64,000 bases of DNA, from the NCBI GenBank assembly GCA_965228475.1, contig OZ245817.1, positions 2,048,001-2,112,000 on the forward strand, given 5' to 3'. Below the pieces are notes generated by a model. That model was not told the origin of the DNA, did no database searches, and saw nothing but the letters and a program-made list of their open reading frames with translations. The DNA is from Myxococcota bacterium. Its GTDB lineage: Bacteria > Myxococcota_A > UBA9160 > JAFDDA01. Shown here piece by piece: positions 9,976-19,389 of this stretch. Each line of letters opens with the position of its first letter. The first letter of the stretch is position 1. The position numbers were made by a program, and so were the translations under genes.

Positions 9976-11168
9976 GCCGCGGCCGAGCCGGGCTCGATCC
10001 CGAGCTCGGCCAGGATCGCAGCGGTCTCCACACCCACGGCATCGACGGAGTGCCGGCGTAGCGCGAACTCCCGCGAGCGCTTGCCCGCCTCCGCGAGCCG
10101 CTGCGGATCCTTCGCGAGCTGCCGGAGCGTCTCCTCGATCGACTCACCGTCGGCGTGGATCAGCGGTAGCTCGCCCGCCTCGAGCAGGCCCTGGCTCCGG
10201 TAGAGCGCCTCGAGATCCTCACGCACCCGGCAGACGACCGGTTTCCCCATCGCCATGGCCTCGAGCGCGAACATCGCGTACCAGCCGATCACCAGCTGAT
10301 CGACGACCACGTCGGCCTTCGCCATGGCGGTGCGGACCTCGTGATTGGGCACGCCCTGCAGGACCTGGAGCTCGATGGCCAGCCCTTCGGCTCGAAGGCG
10401 CTCGACGGCCCGCTCGAGGAAGGCCGTGCCTTTCAGGTTGCGGTGGTTGGGCGCATGAAGGACGCGCAAGGCCTCGTCCCCGGGCGGCGCCGGAGCGGGC
10501 GCGAAGCGGTCCGTGTCGACCGGGAAGTGGAGCAGCATCAGGCGATCCCAATGGTACAGGTAGTCGACCCAGTCGCAGCCGCCGACGATCACGTCGGACC
10601 AGCGCGTCCAGAGGTCGACCCGGGCGGCGATGCCGCGGCGCAGGAGCCGACGCCCGGGGTAGTCCTGGCCCATCGCGTGCTTGAAGGCGAGGTTCGGGCA
10701 GCGGGTCATGTCCTGGACGTCGCCGCCGTAGGGCAGCATGACCGTGCGAACGCCGGCGAGGCGGTAGAACACGGGTTCGGCTCGCCAGAGCAGCCGCGTG
10801 TTCCCGAGGGCGCCGCCCGAGAAGGCGAGGAACAGGCACCGGCAGCGGAAGATCGCCCAGACGAACAGCGCGTGGTTCGCCAGGTAGCGGAGCGGCCCCG
10901 GCCAGGCGAGAACCACGTCGAATTCGGACGTGACGTAGTAGAGGTGGTGGACGTAGGTGCAGGCGCGGTAGCCGCGGCGCCGGAGTGCCTCGCGATGGGT
11001 CGGCAGGCTGTTGATGGGCTCCGGGCCGAGGCCCACGTCGTAGGCCTTGGGAGCGAAGCGCGCGGCCAGGGCGGCGAGCACCAGGACGGGCAGCAACGCC
11101 AGATCGATCGCCAGCCCCACGGCGTCCCGGGGCCAGTCCTGGGCGGGCGTGCGGCGGGTCGCGTTCAT
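9972..11168 (-). CDS. Glycosyltransferase (GT-B, family 4-like)
   Basis: LHAPNHRNLKGT, ADVVVDQLVIGWY..FALEAMAMGKPVV; start at MNATRR after a GGGAG RBS. Confidence 0.85.
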   Translation of the reverse strand: MNATRRTPAQDWPRDAVGLAIDLALLPVLVLAALAARFAPKAYDVGLGPEPINSLPTHREALRRRGYRACTYVHHLYYVTSEFDVVLAWPGPLRYLANHALFVWAIFRCRCLFLAFSGGALGNTRLLWRAEPVFYRLAGVRTVMLPYGGDVQDMTRCPNLAFKHAMGQDYPGRRLLRRGIAARVDLWTRWSDVIVGGCDWVDYLYHWDRLMLLHFPVDTDRFAPAPAPPGDEALRVLHAPNHRNLKGTAFLERAVERLRAEGLAIELQVLQGVPNHEVRTAMAKADVVVDQLVIGWYAMFALEAMAMGKPVVCRVREDLEALYRSQGLLEAGELPLIHADGESIEETLRQLAKDPQRLAEAGKRSREFALRRHSVDAVGVETAAILAELGIEPGSAAA

Positions 11169-11317
11169 CGGCTCCCTCTCGAAAAGGGCCGCCGCGAGCG
11201 CGTGCTGGCGTCCCGTGACCTCGCTAAAACTATGGCTGCCCCCGGCAGGAGCGCGCGCCAGTTTCGCATGACTCAATCATTACCTCTTTCGAGGGGCTCG
11301 CGCCTCGGAGGCTCACC

Positions 11318-12943
11318 ATGAGCGCCTCTCGTCCCCTGCGCGTCCTGCACCTCGGCAACATCGCGAACAACGCGTACAACAACGCGAAGCTCCTGCGGGA
11401 GGCCGGGGTCGACTGCGACGTCCTGTGCCCGCTCTACTACCACACCATGGCCTGCCCGGAGTGGGAGGACGCGGACTTCGAGGAGCCCGTCGACGACTAC
11501 CGCCCGGCCTGGCACCGAGTCGGGCTCGGGGGTTTCGAACGCCAGGACTGGTTCGCCCAGGGCCCGATGTTGCTCTCGATCCGCTACCTGCTGGCGCGCC
11601 GGCGCGGCCACCGCGGCCGGCTCGCGGTCTACGGCTGGCTCATGAAGATGAACCTCCGGCTGCGCGCGGGCTGGTTGGGCCGGCTCGACGATCGGCTTCG
11701 GGAGATCGTCGTCGAGAACGGCGGGCCGGTCCGGGTCCGGCACCTGAGTCAGGCCGACCGGGCCCAGCTCGTGAAGGTGGCCATGGCCTCGTTCGTTCGG
11801 GCTTCCGTCATCCTCGCGAGCGGACTCGCGGCGCTGGCGCTCGCGGGAGTCCAGGTGCTCCGCGGGCAGCGGCCGGTTCGGGAACTCGCGGGCAAGCCGA
11901 GCAAGGACACGGAGGACTCGCTCGAGGCCCTCGTTCGCGAGTTCGGGCGCCGCTTCCCCGATCGCCCGGACCCGCTCACCGTGGAGGATCTGACGTTCCA
12001 CCTTCGCGACAGCCGCCTGCTCGGTGAACTGTTCGCGGAGTACGACGTCGTCCAGGCCTACTCGACCGATCCGATCTTCCCCGTGCTGGCCGGCTACCGC
12101 CCGATCGTGGCCTTCGAGCACGGGACGCTGCGCGAGATCCCCTTCGAAGAGAACCGCCGCGGGCGCTGTACGAGCCTTGCCTACGCCCTGGCCGATCACG
12201 TGCTCGTGACCAACCCCGACTGTCAGGGGCCCGCCGAGAGCCTGAATCCGGGCCGCGTCACCATGATCAATCACCCCTGGGACGAGGACCACGCCCTCGG
12301 CGTGAAGGGGGCCGAGGCGCTGCGCGAAGAGCTTCTCGGGGCCCTCGACGCGGACCATCTGATCTTCTTCCCGACCCGGCACGACTGGGTTCCCGGAACC
12401 GGTTACGCGGACAAGGCGAACGACCGTTTCTTCCGCGCGCTCTCGCGATGGACGCAGAAGACCGGGGCGCGCGTCGGTGTCGTGTGCTGCGAGTGGGGCA
12501 AGAACGTCGCCCAGAGCCGGGCGCTCATCGAGGAGCTCGGCATGACGCGTCACGTCCGCTGGTCGGCGGCGATGGGGACCGTCCGCTTCGAGCGATTCGT
12601 CCTGGCGAGCGACCTGGTCGCCGATCAGTTCGACATCGCGGGCATGGGGGGCGTCGCCTTCAAGTCGCTCTCGGCGGGACGTCCGGTCCTGATGCGCATC
12701 GACGAGGACGTCATGCGGGAGAAGTACGGTGAGGTCCCGCCGGCCCTGAACTGCCATACCGAGGAGGAAATCGTGCGGGTTCTCGATACACTGCTCGAGC
12801 CCCGCGAAGTCTGGCAGCGTCGCTGCGACGACGCGCGCAACTGGATCAAGAAACATCACGCCGGTGCGGACGTGGTCGGGAAGCAGCTCGCGATCTATTC
12901 CGAGCTGACCGACGCGCGCCCGGCGTCCGGAGCCCTCTCGTGA
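11318..12943 (+). CDS. Glycosyltransferase (GT-B, family 4-like)
   Basis: LRVLHLGNIANNAY, FEHGTLR, SDLVADQF..GGV...SLSAGRPV; GGAGG RBS. Confidence 0.82.
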   Translation: MSASRPLRVLHLGNIANNAYNNAKLLREAGVDCDVLCPLYYHTMACPEWEDADFEEPVDDYRPAWHRVGLGGFERQDWFAQGPMLLSIRYLLARRRGHRGRLAVYGWLMKMNLRLRAGWLGRLDDRLREIVVENGGPVRVRHLSQADRAQLVKVAMASFVRASVILASGLAALALAGVQVLRGQRPVRELAGKPSKDTEDSLEALVREFGRRFPDRPDPLTVEDLTFHLRDSRLLGELFAEYDVVQAYSTDPIFPVLAGYRPIVAFEHGTLREIPFEENRRGRCTSLAYALADHVLVTNPDCQGPAESLNPGRVTMINHPWDEDHALGVKGAEALREELLGALDADHLIFFPTRHDWVPGTGYADKANDRFFRALSRWTQKTGARVGVVCCEWGKNVAQSRALIEELGMTRHVRWSAAMGTVRFERFVLASDLVADQFDIAGMGGVAFKSLSAGRPVLMRIDEDVMREKYGEVPPALNCHTEEEIVRVLDTLLEPREVWQRRCDDARNWIKKHHAGADVVGKQLAIYSELTDARPASGALS

Positions 12944-14064
12944 AGATTCAACTCGTCGAACGTCTGAAGGATCCCGTGACCCGAGAACCGCTCGCCCTCG
13001 AGGTGTACGAGCGGGAGGGGGACGAGATTCTCGAGGGCCGCCTCGACGAACCGGGCGGGTACTGGTACCCGATCACGGGCGGCGTCCCGTGCGTGATCCG
13101 CGGCGGGCTGCGCCCTCGCTTCACCGAGTTCGAGGCGCGTCACGGGCTCGATCCGGTTCCCGACGCCGATGCCTCGGAGGCCGAGGAAGAGCAGGCGGAC
13201 ACGACCTCCTCGTTCTCGGACAAGTGGCGGCGCCTGCGGAACTGGGGTCTCGACCCCGCCCAGAACGAGTTCCTGAAGGACTGGTACCGGAAGAAGTTCG
13301 GCCTGGCCGATCAGGCGGAGCTGACGTCCTTCTATGCCGGGAAGCGCCGGGTTCTCGAGTGCGGCACCGGTTCGGGGTTCCACGCGCGGAACATGTCGGA
13401 GGCGGGAGCGGGGGAGATCGTGGGTGCGGACATCAGCGCGGCCGCCCAGACGACCTACGCCAACGTGGGCTCCCTCGCGAACGTCCACATCGTGCAGGCC
13501 GACCTGATGTCGCTCCCCTTCGAGGACGAGAGCTTCGATTTCGTGGTCGCCGACGGTGTGCTCCACCACACGCCGGACACGCGCAAGGCCGTCGAGGCGC
13601 TCTATCGGAAGGTCGAGCCCGGCGGGACGTTCTTCTTCTACGTCTACAAGCGCATGGGCGCCCTGCGCGAGTTCGCCGACGACCACGTGCGCTCGGTCTT
13701 CTCGCAGCTCTCGAGCGAGGACTGCTACGAAGCCTGCGAAGCCATCACCGAGCTCGGCCGGGAGCTCTCGCGCCTCGATGCCAAGGTCACGCTCGACAAG
13801 CCGATCGACGTGCTCGGCATTCCCGCGGGTACGCACGACGTCCAGCGGCTCTTCTACTACAACGTGCTCAAGTGCTTCTGGAACGAGGAGTTCGACTTCG
13901 AGTCGAACAACATGGTGAACTTCGACTGGTACCACCCGCGCTCGGCCTGGCGGCACCACGAGGAAGAGGTGGAAGGCTGGCTGCGGGATCTCGGCGTCAC
14001 CGAGTACGCCTTCCACCCGGCGAACCCGAACGGCCACTCGGTCCTGCTGCGCAAGCCCGCCTGA
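12940..14064 (+). CDS. SAM-dependent methyltransferase with N-terminal Trm112-like domain
   Basis: LKDPVTREPL...YPITGGVP, then VLECGTGSG, LPFEDESFD, GVLHHTPD. Confidence 0.85.
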   Translation: MKIQLVERLKDPVTREPLALEVYEREGDEILEGRLDEPGGYWYPITGGVPCVIRGGLRPRFTEFEARHGLDPVPDADASEAEEEQADTTSSFSDKWRRLRNWGLDPAQNEFLKDWYRKKFGLADQAELTSFYAGKRRVLECGTGSGFHARNMSEAGAGEIVGADISAAAQTTYANVGSLANVHIVQADLMSLPFEDESFDFVVADGVLHHTPDTRKAVEALYRKVEPGGTFFFYVYKRMGALREFADDHVRSVFSQLSSEDCYEACEAITELGRELSRLDAKVTLDKPIDVLGIPAGTHDVQRLFYYNVLKCFWNEEFDFESNNMVNFDWYHPRSAWRHHEEEVEGWLRDLGVTEYAFHPANPNGHSVLLRKPA

Positions 14065-14084
14065 GGCGCGCCGAGCGTGCGGCT

Positions 14085-15227
14085 CTAGGCGCCGAGCCCT
14101 TCGCGCAGGGCGGCCAGGACGCGTTCCTGGTCCGAGGGCTTCATCTCCGGGAAGAGCGGAAGCGTGATCGTGGCATCCTCCCCGAGGACCGCGTTGGGGA
14201 AGTCTTCGGCCCGGAGCCCGTACTTGTCGCGGTAGTAGCCGAGCCGGTGGACGGCGTGGGTTCCCGGGCGCGTCTGGATGCCCTGTCCGGCCATCCAATC
14301 CATGGCCCGGTTGCGGCGCTCGCGGTCGCCGTCGCGGACGCGGATCACGTAGGACTGGTAGTTGTGCAGGCAGTGCGGGTCCACCTCGGGGGCAGCCACC
14401 TCCTCGACGTCCGCGAGCATCTCGTCGTAGCGGGCGGCGGAGACGCGACGATCCTCGAGGAGCTCGTCGAGCTTCGCCATCTGCGCAACGCCGACGGCAG
14501 AGAGGATGTCGCTCAGCCGGTAGTTGAACCCCAGGGTCTCGAAGGCGGCCATGGCGAAGGGTTGGGCGACCGCCTGTCCGTCGGGTAGCCCCGAGCCGCC
14601 GTGGCTGCGCAGACAGGAGATCTCGCGGCCCAGGGCCTCGTCGCAGGTCGTGACCATGCCGCCTTCGCCCGTGGTGATGACCTTGCGCGGGTGGAAGGAG
14701 AAACAGCCGAGGTCGCCGAAGCCTCCGACAGGGCGCCCCCGGTACTCCGACCCGACGGCGCAGGCGGCGTCTTCGATGACCCGAAGGTCGTGGCGCCGCG
14801 CGATGGCCATGATCTCGTCCATCTTGGCCGGGAGGCCGAACAGATGGACGACGATGATCGCCCGCGTCCGGGGCGTGATCGCCGCCTCGAGCGCCTCGGG
14901 CGAGAGGTTCCAGGTCTCGGTCTCCACGTCGGCGAAGACCGCCTTCGCCCCCGTGTACTCGGCCGCGTTGGCCGAGGTGATCCACGTGAGCGCCGGGACG
15001 ATCACCTCGTCCTCGGGCCCGAGGCCCGCGGCGATCGCGGACAGGTGCAGGCCGGCGGTGGCCGAGGTCACGGCGTAGGCGTGCGGCACCCGGTGACGCT
15101 CGGCGAACTGCTCCTCGAAGCGCTCGGTCATGGGCCCCTGGGTGACCCAGCCGGAGTCCAGGACCTGGCGGACGAGGTCGATCTCCGTGTCGTCGAAGCG
15201 GGGAAACGTGAGTCGGATGCGTTCCAT
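14085..15227 (-). CDS. DegT/DnrJ/EryC1/StrS sugar aminotransferase
   Basis: SGWVTQGP, VHLFG, IEDAAC, FSFHPRKVITTGEGG (PLP Lys), GFNYRL; AGGAAGAGGA RBS. Confidence 0.93.
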   Translation of the reverse strand: MERIRLTFPRFDDTEIDLVRQVLDSGWVTQGPMTERFEEQFAERHRVPHAYAVTSATAGLHLSAIAAGLGPEDEVIVPALTWITSANAAEYTGAKAVFADVETETWNLSPEALEAAITPRTRAIIVVHLFGLPAKMDEIMAIARRHDLRVIEDAACAVGSEYRGRPVGGFGDLGCFSFHPRKVITTGEGGMVTTCDEALGREISCLRSHGGSGLPDGQAVAQPFAMAAFETLGFNYRLSDILSAVGVAQMAKLDELLEDRRVSAARYDEMLADVEEVAAPEVDPHCLHNYQSYVIRVRDGDRERRNRAMDWMAGQGIQTRPGTHAVHRLGYYRDKYGLRAEDFPNAVLGEDATITLPLFPEMKPSDQERVLAALREGLGA

Positions 15228-15241
15228 GCGTTTTCCTCTTC

Positions 15242-16390
15242 CTAGCGGCCGACGTATTCCGGGTGGATGATGAGCGAAGATCGCGAGTTCGCGGGGAGCT
15301 CCGCGGCGACCGAGACCATCCGGACGGCATCCACCTCCCACTCGAAGATCTCGCCCGCCTCCGTCCGGCCGCCGATCACCCAGCAATCCGTACCGGTCAG
15401 CCAGAACTGGACGTCGACGTCCCAATCGCAGAGGGGGTTCGCGAGAAGGTAGCGCCGCATCCACGGTTCCGAGCGGATGTCCGCCCCCTCCGCGTCCTCG
15501 AGGTAGGCGCGGGCGGCGGCGGCGTCCGGGCTCGCCTTGGGCCGGGCGAAGGTCCCTTCGTAGGCGAGGCCGAGGTCCTTCTCGGAGAGCGCGCCGAGGG
15601 GCAGGGCGCCTCCGTGCCCGTTCTCCACGTGACGGCGCTCGAGCAGGCGTTCTTCGAAGACCTCGTAGTTCTCGGCGCCGTGGACCGGCGCGGAGTTGTG
15701 GGCCACGGTCCCGCGGATCTGCGCACCCTGCTCGCGAAGCCACTCGATCTCGGAGCGCAGCGCGTCGGCCCCGTCGATCCCGTGCTGGAGCTCGACGCCC
15801 AGGGCATCGTTGTGCATGCCGATCTCGCAGCCGGCCACGATCATCCCGTGCACCCAATCCCGCAGCTGCGGGTTCCGCAAAAAGAGCCCATCGATGAAGG
15901 TCCCGTAGTAGGGGGCGGTGTGGAGCAGGAAGAAGCTACCGCAGATCCCCCGCTGGGCGAGGAAGCGGGCGCAGCGCAGCGCGGCGACCGGATCCGCGTC
16001 GACGTCGTGGCGGAGGCCCATGCGGGCGCGCTCGCCTTCGGCCGGTGCGAACAGATCGGCCAGCGGCACGAGGTCGATCGAGGGGAGCGCCGAGAGTTCG
16101 TCGATGACGAACCGGTAGTACTGGAACGGGTTGGCGAAGGGGTCGTAGTTGCGCTGGACCTGGGAGAGATAGTCGCGAAGGTCGGGAGCGTCGGTGCTGC
16201 TGTATCCGCGGGGCCGTCCGCCGGCGCTGCGGATCTCGGCGAGGAGGCGGCGTCTTTCGAGGTGCAGCTCCTGGAGCCCGATCGCGAATTCGACGTCGCG
16301 GTTGGCGACGGCGCGCACGGCCGCGCGGGCCGGGGAGAGGGCGCCCGAGTACCAGAGCCGCTTGACCAGCGCGCGCACCCGGTCCTTCAC
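15242..16390 (-). CDS. Polysaccharide deacetylase-like (CE4-fold) protein
   Basis: LRHDVD, GSFFLL, EIGMHND, GTVAHN, LIIHP motifs; GTG overlaps upstream TGA. Confidence 0.6.
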   Translation of the reverse strand: MKDRVRALVKRLWYSGALSPARAAVRAVANRDVEFAIGLQELHLERRRLLAEIRSAGGRPRGYSSTDAPDLRDYLSQVQRNYDPFANPFQYYRFVIDELSALPSIDLVPLADLFAPAEGERARMGLRHDVDADPVAALRCARFLAQRGICGSFFLLHTAPYYGTFIDGLFLRNPQLRDWVHGMIVAGCEIGMHNDALGVELQHGIDGADALRSEIEWLREQGAQIRGTVAHNSAPVHGAENYEVFEERLLERRHVENGHGGALPLGALSEKDLGLAYEGTFARPKASPDAAAARAYLEDAEGADIRSEPWMRRYLLANPLCDWDVDVQFWLTGTDCWVIGGRTEAGEIFEWEVDAVRMVSVAAELPANSRSSLIIHPEYVGR

Positions 16391-17808
16391 GAAGCGGCTC
16401 CGCGCGGACTCCGTGCCCGCACCATCGTGGCGACGAAGCGCCCGGAGCCCGGCTCCCGCAGGGCTTCGGTTTCGATCTCGCGGCACCCGAGCGCCGCGAG
16501 CCGCTCGCGCAGCCGGCGTGGGGAGACGCGGTTGCGGAACGTCCCGGCCTCGGGCTCCCAGCGGTAGGTGTGCTCGGCGGCGTCCTCGTCCCAGCCGCTG
16601 CAGCCGAGGGCGACCCAGCCGTTCGAGGCGTCGACCGCCCGCTCGAGGAAGAGCTCGACGTCGAAGGTCTGCTCGAGACCCGTCGGCGATACGACGAGCT
16701 CGGCCCGGACGTCCGGGGCCGAATCCGCGCCGAGGGCGAGTTCGTGGAGCGTCGTGTCCGATTGGAAGAAGCCCGGCGGGGCCGGCGCCACGGGGATCTC
16801 GGCGTCGGCCCATGCGCGCGCCGCGGAACCGACTCGGCCGTCGGCCCTCTCGCGGGCCTCGATCCATCGCGCGAGGGACGCATCGAGCGCTTCGGCGGAG
16901 CGCTTCTCCGTCGTGCGGGGGGCGTCCGAGCGGCCGAAACCGTCGGGGCGCCAGCGTGGCCGCGTCGTGGAGAAGTAGCCGAGCCGTTCCATGCACGGAG
17001 CCGCGAACCGCTCGAACCGCCGCCGCGCGCCGCCGTCCCAGTCCGGCCAGCGCGGCGTGACGCCGGCTTCCCCGGTGCGGTCCGCCAGGGAGTTGATCCG
17101 TCGCTCGCGCTGCTGGGCCACCTGGGTGGCATCGAGGCCGCGGAGCCCGAGGAAGCGCGCGACCTCGACGATGCCTTCGGCGTCGCAGTGCGAGTAGTCG
17201 AGGGGCATCCACGCTTCGGGCGGGATCTGTCCGAGGCGCTCGCGATAGAGATCGTTGGCCGTCGCCCAGTACCAGGCGCACATCTCGTCGCGCCCGAGGG
17301 TCGGCCATTCGGCCTCGAGGGAGCTTCCGCGCAGGGGCCGGGGGCGCGAGTAGTCCGAGGTGTCGTGGGTGAGGAGGAGATTCGCCGCCGCCTCGCGGGC
17401 GCGCCGAGAGAGGCGCCCCGGATCCGGTGCTTCGCGGTAGACGCTGCCGAACATGCGGTCGTGCCAGTCGATCAGGGAGCGGACGACGTCCCGTCCATCG
17501 CGGTGCAGGAAGACGAAGCGGCAGCCGAGCCGCTCGTGCAGCGCCGGGATGAAGGGGCCGTAGGTGAGGTTCTTCTCGCCGTAGACCTCGTGCTTCTCGA
17601 GGCCGGCCGTCACACGCGGCACGATCGTGCGCTCGAGCACCGGCTTCGGGTCCCCGAGGCGCCCCTCCCAGGCGAGGCGGGATTCGACGTTGAGGTTCGG
17701 CGCGGGTTCGACGGCGCAGCAGCCGTTGCTCGCGCCGTCGAGGATGCGGGCAAGGGACGTCGAGCCGGAGCGCGCGACGGTCAACACGAAGAAGGGCTGC
17801 GGACTCAT
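16387..17808 (-). CDS. Sulfotransferase with additional C-terminal domain
   Basis: 5'-PSB ARSGSTSL, GEKN, 3'-PB FLHRDGRDVVRS. Confidence 0.8.
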   Translation of the reverse strand: MSPQPFFVLTVARSGSTSLARILDGASNGCCAVEPAPNLNVESRLAWEGRLGDPKPVLERTIVPRVTAGLEKHEVYGEKNLTYGPFIPALHERLGCRFVFLHRDGRDVVRSLIDWHDRMFGSVYREAPDPGRLSRRAREAAANLLLTHDTSDYSRPRPLRGSSLEAEWPTLGRDEMCAWYWATANDLYRERLGQIPPEAWMPLDYSHCDAEGIVEVARFLGLRGLDATQVAQQRERRINSLADRTGEAGVTPRWPDWDGGARRRFERFAAPCMERLGYFSTTRPRWRPDGFGRSDAPRTTEKRSAEALDASLARWIEARERADGRVGSAARAWADAEIPVAPAPPGFFQSDTTLHELALGADSAPDVRAELVVSPTGLEQTFDVELFLERAVDASNGWVALGCSGWDEDAAEHTYRWEPEAGTFRNRVSPRRLRERLAALGCREIETEALREPGSGRFVATMVRARSPRGAAS

Positions 17809-17827
17809 GCGCTGCGCGGCGACGCGG

Positions 17828-18622
17828 TCACGGCTTGCGGACCACGATCTCGTAGGAGTTGCGGAGGCCCTGGTACTCGGTGCGGAAGAACGGCGTGTCC
17901 TCCTCGGGCGTCCGGCCGCCCGCATGGACGCTGGCTTCCTCTCCGGCGCCCTCCACGACCAGGCCGACTTCCCGGGCGGCTTTCTCGGCATCCTCGAGCG
18001 AGACGATCCGATCGCCCCAGCGCGTCCCGTCGGCCGGAACGCCGCGTGTTTCGAGGGAGAGGGTGTTCGCGAAGGCATCGACGGCGCAGCGCCGCGGGTC
18101 GAAGTCCTCGGTCACGTTCTTGCGCTCGAGCCAATCGTGGAGGTAGCCGCCGATGTCCTTGCCGAGGACGTACGCGATCCCTCCCGGGCGAAGGGTTCGT
18201 GCGATCTCCCCCAGCAGCCGTTTCGGGTCGGAGTACTGGAGAACGCCGAAGCAGAAGGCGCCGTCGGCCGACGCGTCCTCGACGGGCAGTTCCTCGGCAC
18301 GGCCGGCCCGGAGGTCGAGGCCGGGGCGCTCGAGCAGGCCGACGATCTGTTCCAGGACGGCGAGCCGGATGGGCTCCGGTTCGATCGCCACGGTCGCCCG
18401 GTTGGTCGAGGCCAGGCACAGGCTCCACTGGCCGAAGCCACAGCCGACGTCGAGCACGCGGTCGAGGCCGGTGAGGCCGACGTTGGCGAGCCGCGCGAGG
18501 TAGCGCTCCGGAGGTGCGGAGAAGATGCGCTGGAGGAACGCGCGGTCGTTGGCGCCGAGGAACTCGTGGAGCGAGAGGCTTCGGAGCTCGTCCGGGGTCG
18601 GGAAACGAAGGGCGGAGCTCAA
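17828..18622 (-). CDS. Class I SAM-dependent methyltransferase
   Basis: VLDVGCGFGQW, AEELPVEDASADG, RTLRPGG; TTG start overlaps upstream stop (start uncertain). Confidence 0.85.
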   Translation of the reverse strand: MSSALRFPTPDELRSLSLHEFLGANDRAFLQRIFSAPPERYLARLANVGLTGLDRVLDVGCGFGQWSLCLASTNRATVAIEPEPIRLAVLEQIVGLLERPGLDLRAGRAEELPVEDASADGAFCFGVLQYSDPKRLLGEIARTLRPGGIAYVLGKDIGGYLHDWLERKNVTEDFDPRRCAVDAFANTLSLETRGVPADGTRWGDRIVSLEDAEKAAREVGLVVEGAGEEASVHAGGRTPEEDTPFFRTEYQGLRNSYEIVVRKP

Positions 18623-19389
18623 TGCGCGGCCTCCAGCGGCGCCGCCGGCGAGGCCGCTTTGGTGGGTTCGATCTCGGACAGCTTCGCAAAACGGCCTCCG
18701 GCCGCACGGTGCCTCGTCACCACCTCCCGCAGGAAGTGGAGCGAGCCGATCTCGGTCTCCGGGCACCGAAGAGGATCGAGCACCTCCGGTGCGAGCGGGC
18801 GGACGCTCGCCTCGCGCGGCAGCTCGACGGACCGCGCGTTCAGGTAGAGGCGAATCGGGTGGAAGTTCAGGACCCGCAGCCCCGGGTGCCCGAGCACGTC
18901 GTCGGCGGACCAGCCTCGGGGCAGGAGATCCGCCACCGAGTCTTCGAACAGGCACGGAATCCGGACGAGCCGCCCATCCCAGTGCCGCCAGGCCGCGAGG
19001 CGCATGCCCGAGGATCCCGGGATCAGCGTGTTCGCCTCGTGGGTGAAGCCGAACTCTCCAAAGAGGTCCAGCATCCGGCTGTTCTGGGTGAGCGAGTGGC
19101 TGCGCACGGCGCGAGCCTCGGGAAGCAGGGCTCGGAGCGCTTCGATCCGGGCGCGCATGTCGTCGCCGTCCGGGGCGGTTCCGAGGAGAAGGTCGTTGAA
19201 GTTCGGATGGGCGCCGATCTCGATCCGGGGTGCGGCGCGAAGCCGGTCGAGCGCCGGGCTCTCGTGGGTGACGAAGACCGTGGCCTCGATCCCGAGGGCC
19301 TCGATCTGGTCGACCGCGAAGTCGACGACGAAGTCCGGAGCCCAGTCGACGTCGAAGATGACGTGGCAAGTGCCAGGCGCTCCCATCAC
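18619..19389 (-). CDS. Polysaccharide deacetylase, WbmS-like
   Basis: FDVDWAPD, ATVFVTH, EIGAHPNF, VRSHSL, FEDS, NFHPI. Confidence 0.75.
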   Translation of the reverse strand: MMGAPGTCHVIFDVDWAPDFVVDFAVDQIEALGIEATVFVTHESPALDRLRAAPRIEIGAHPNFNDLLLGTAPDGDDMRARIEALRALLPEARAVRSHSLTQNSRMLDLFGEFGFTHEANTLIPGSSGMRLAAWRHWDGRLVRIPCLFEDSVADLLPRGWSADDVLGHPGLRVLNFHPIRLYLNARSVELPREASVRPLAPEVLDPLRCPETEIGSLHFLREVVTRHRAAGGRFAKLSEIEPTKAASPAAPLEAAH

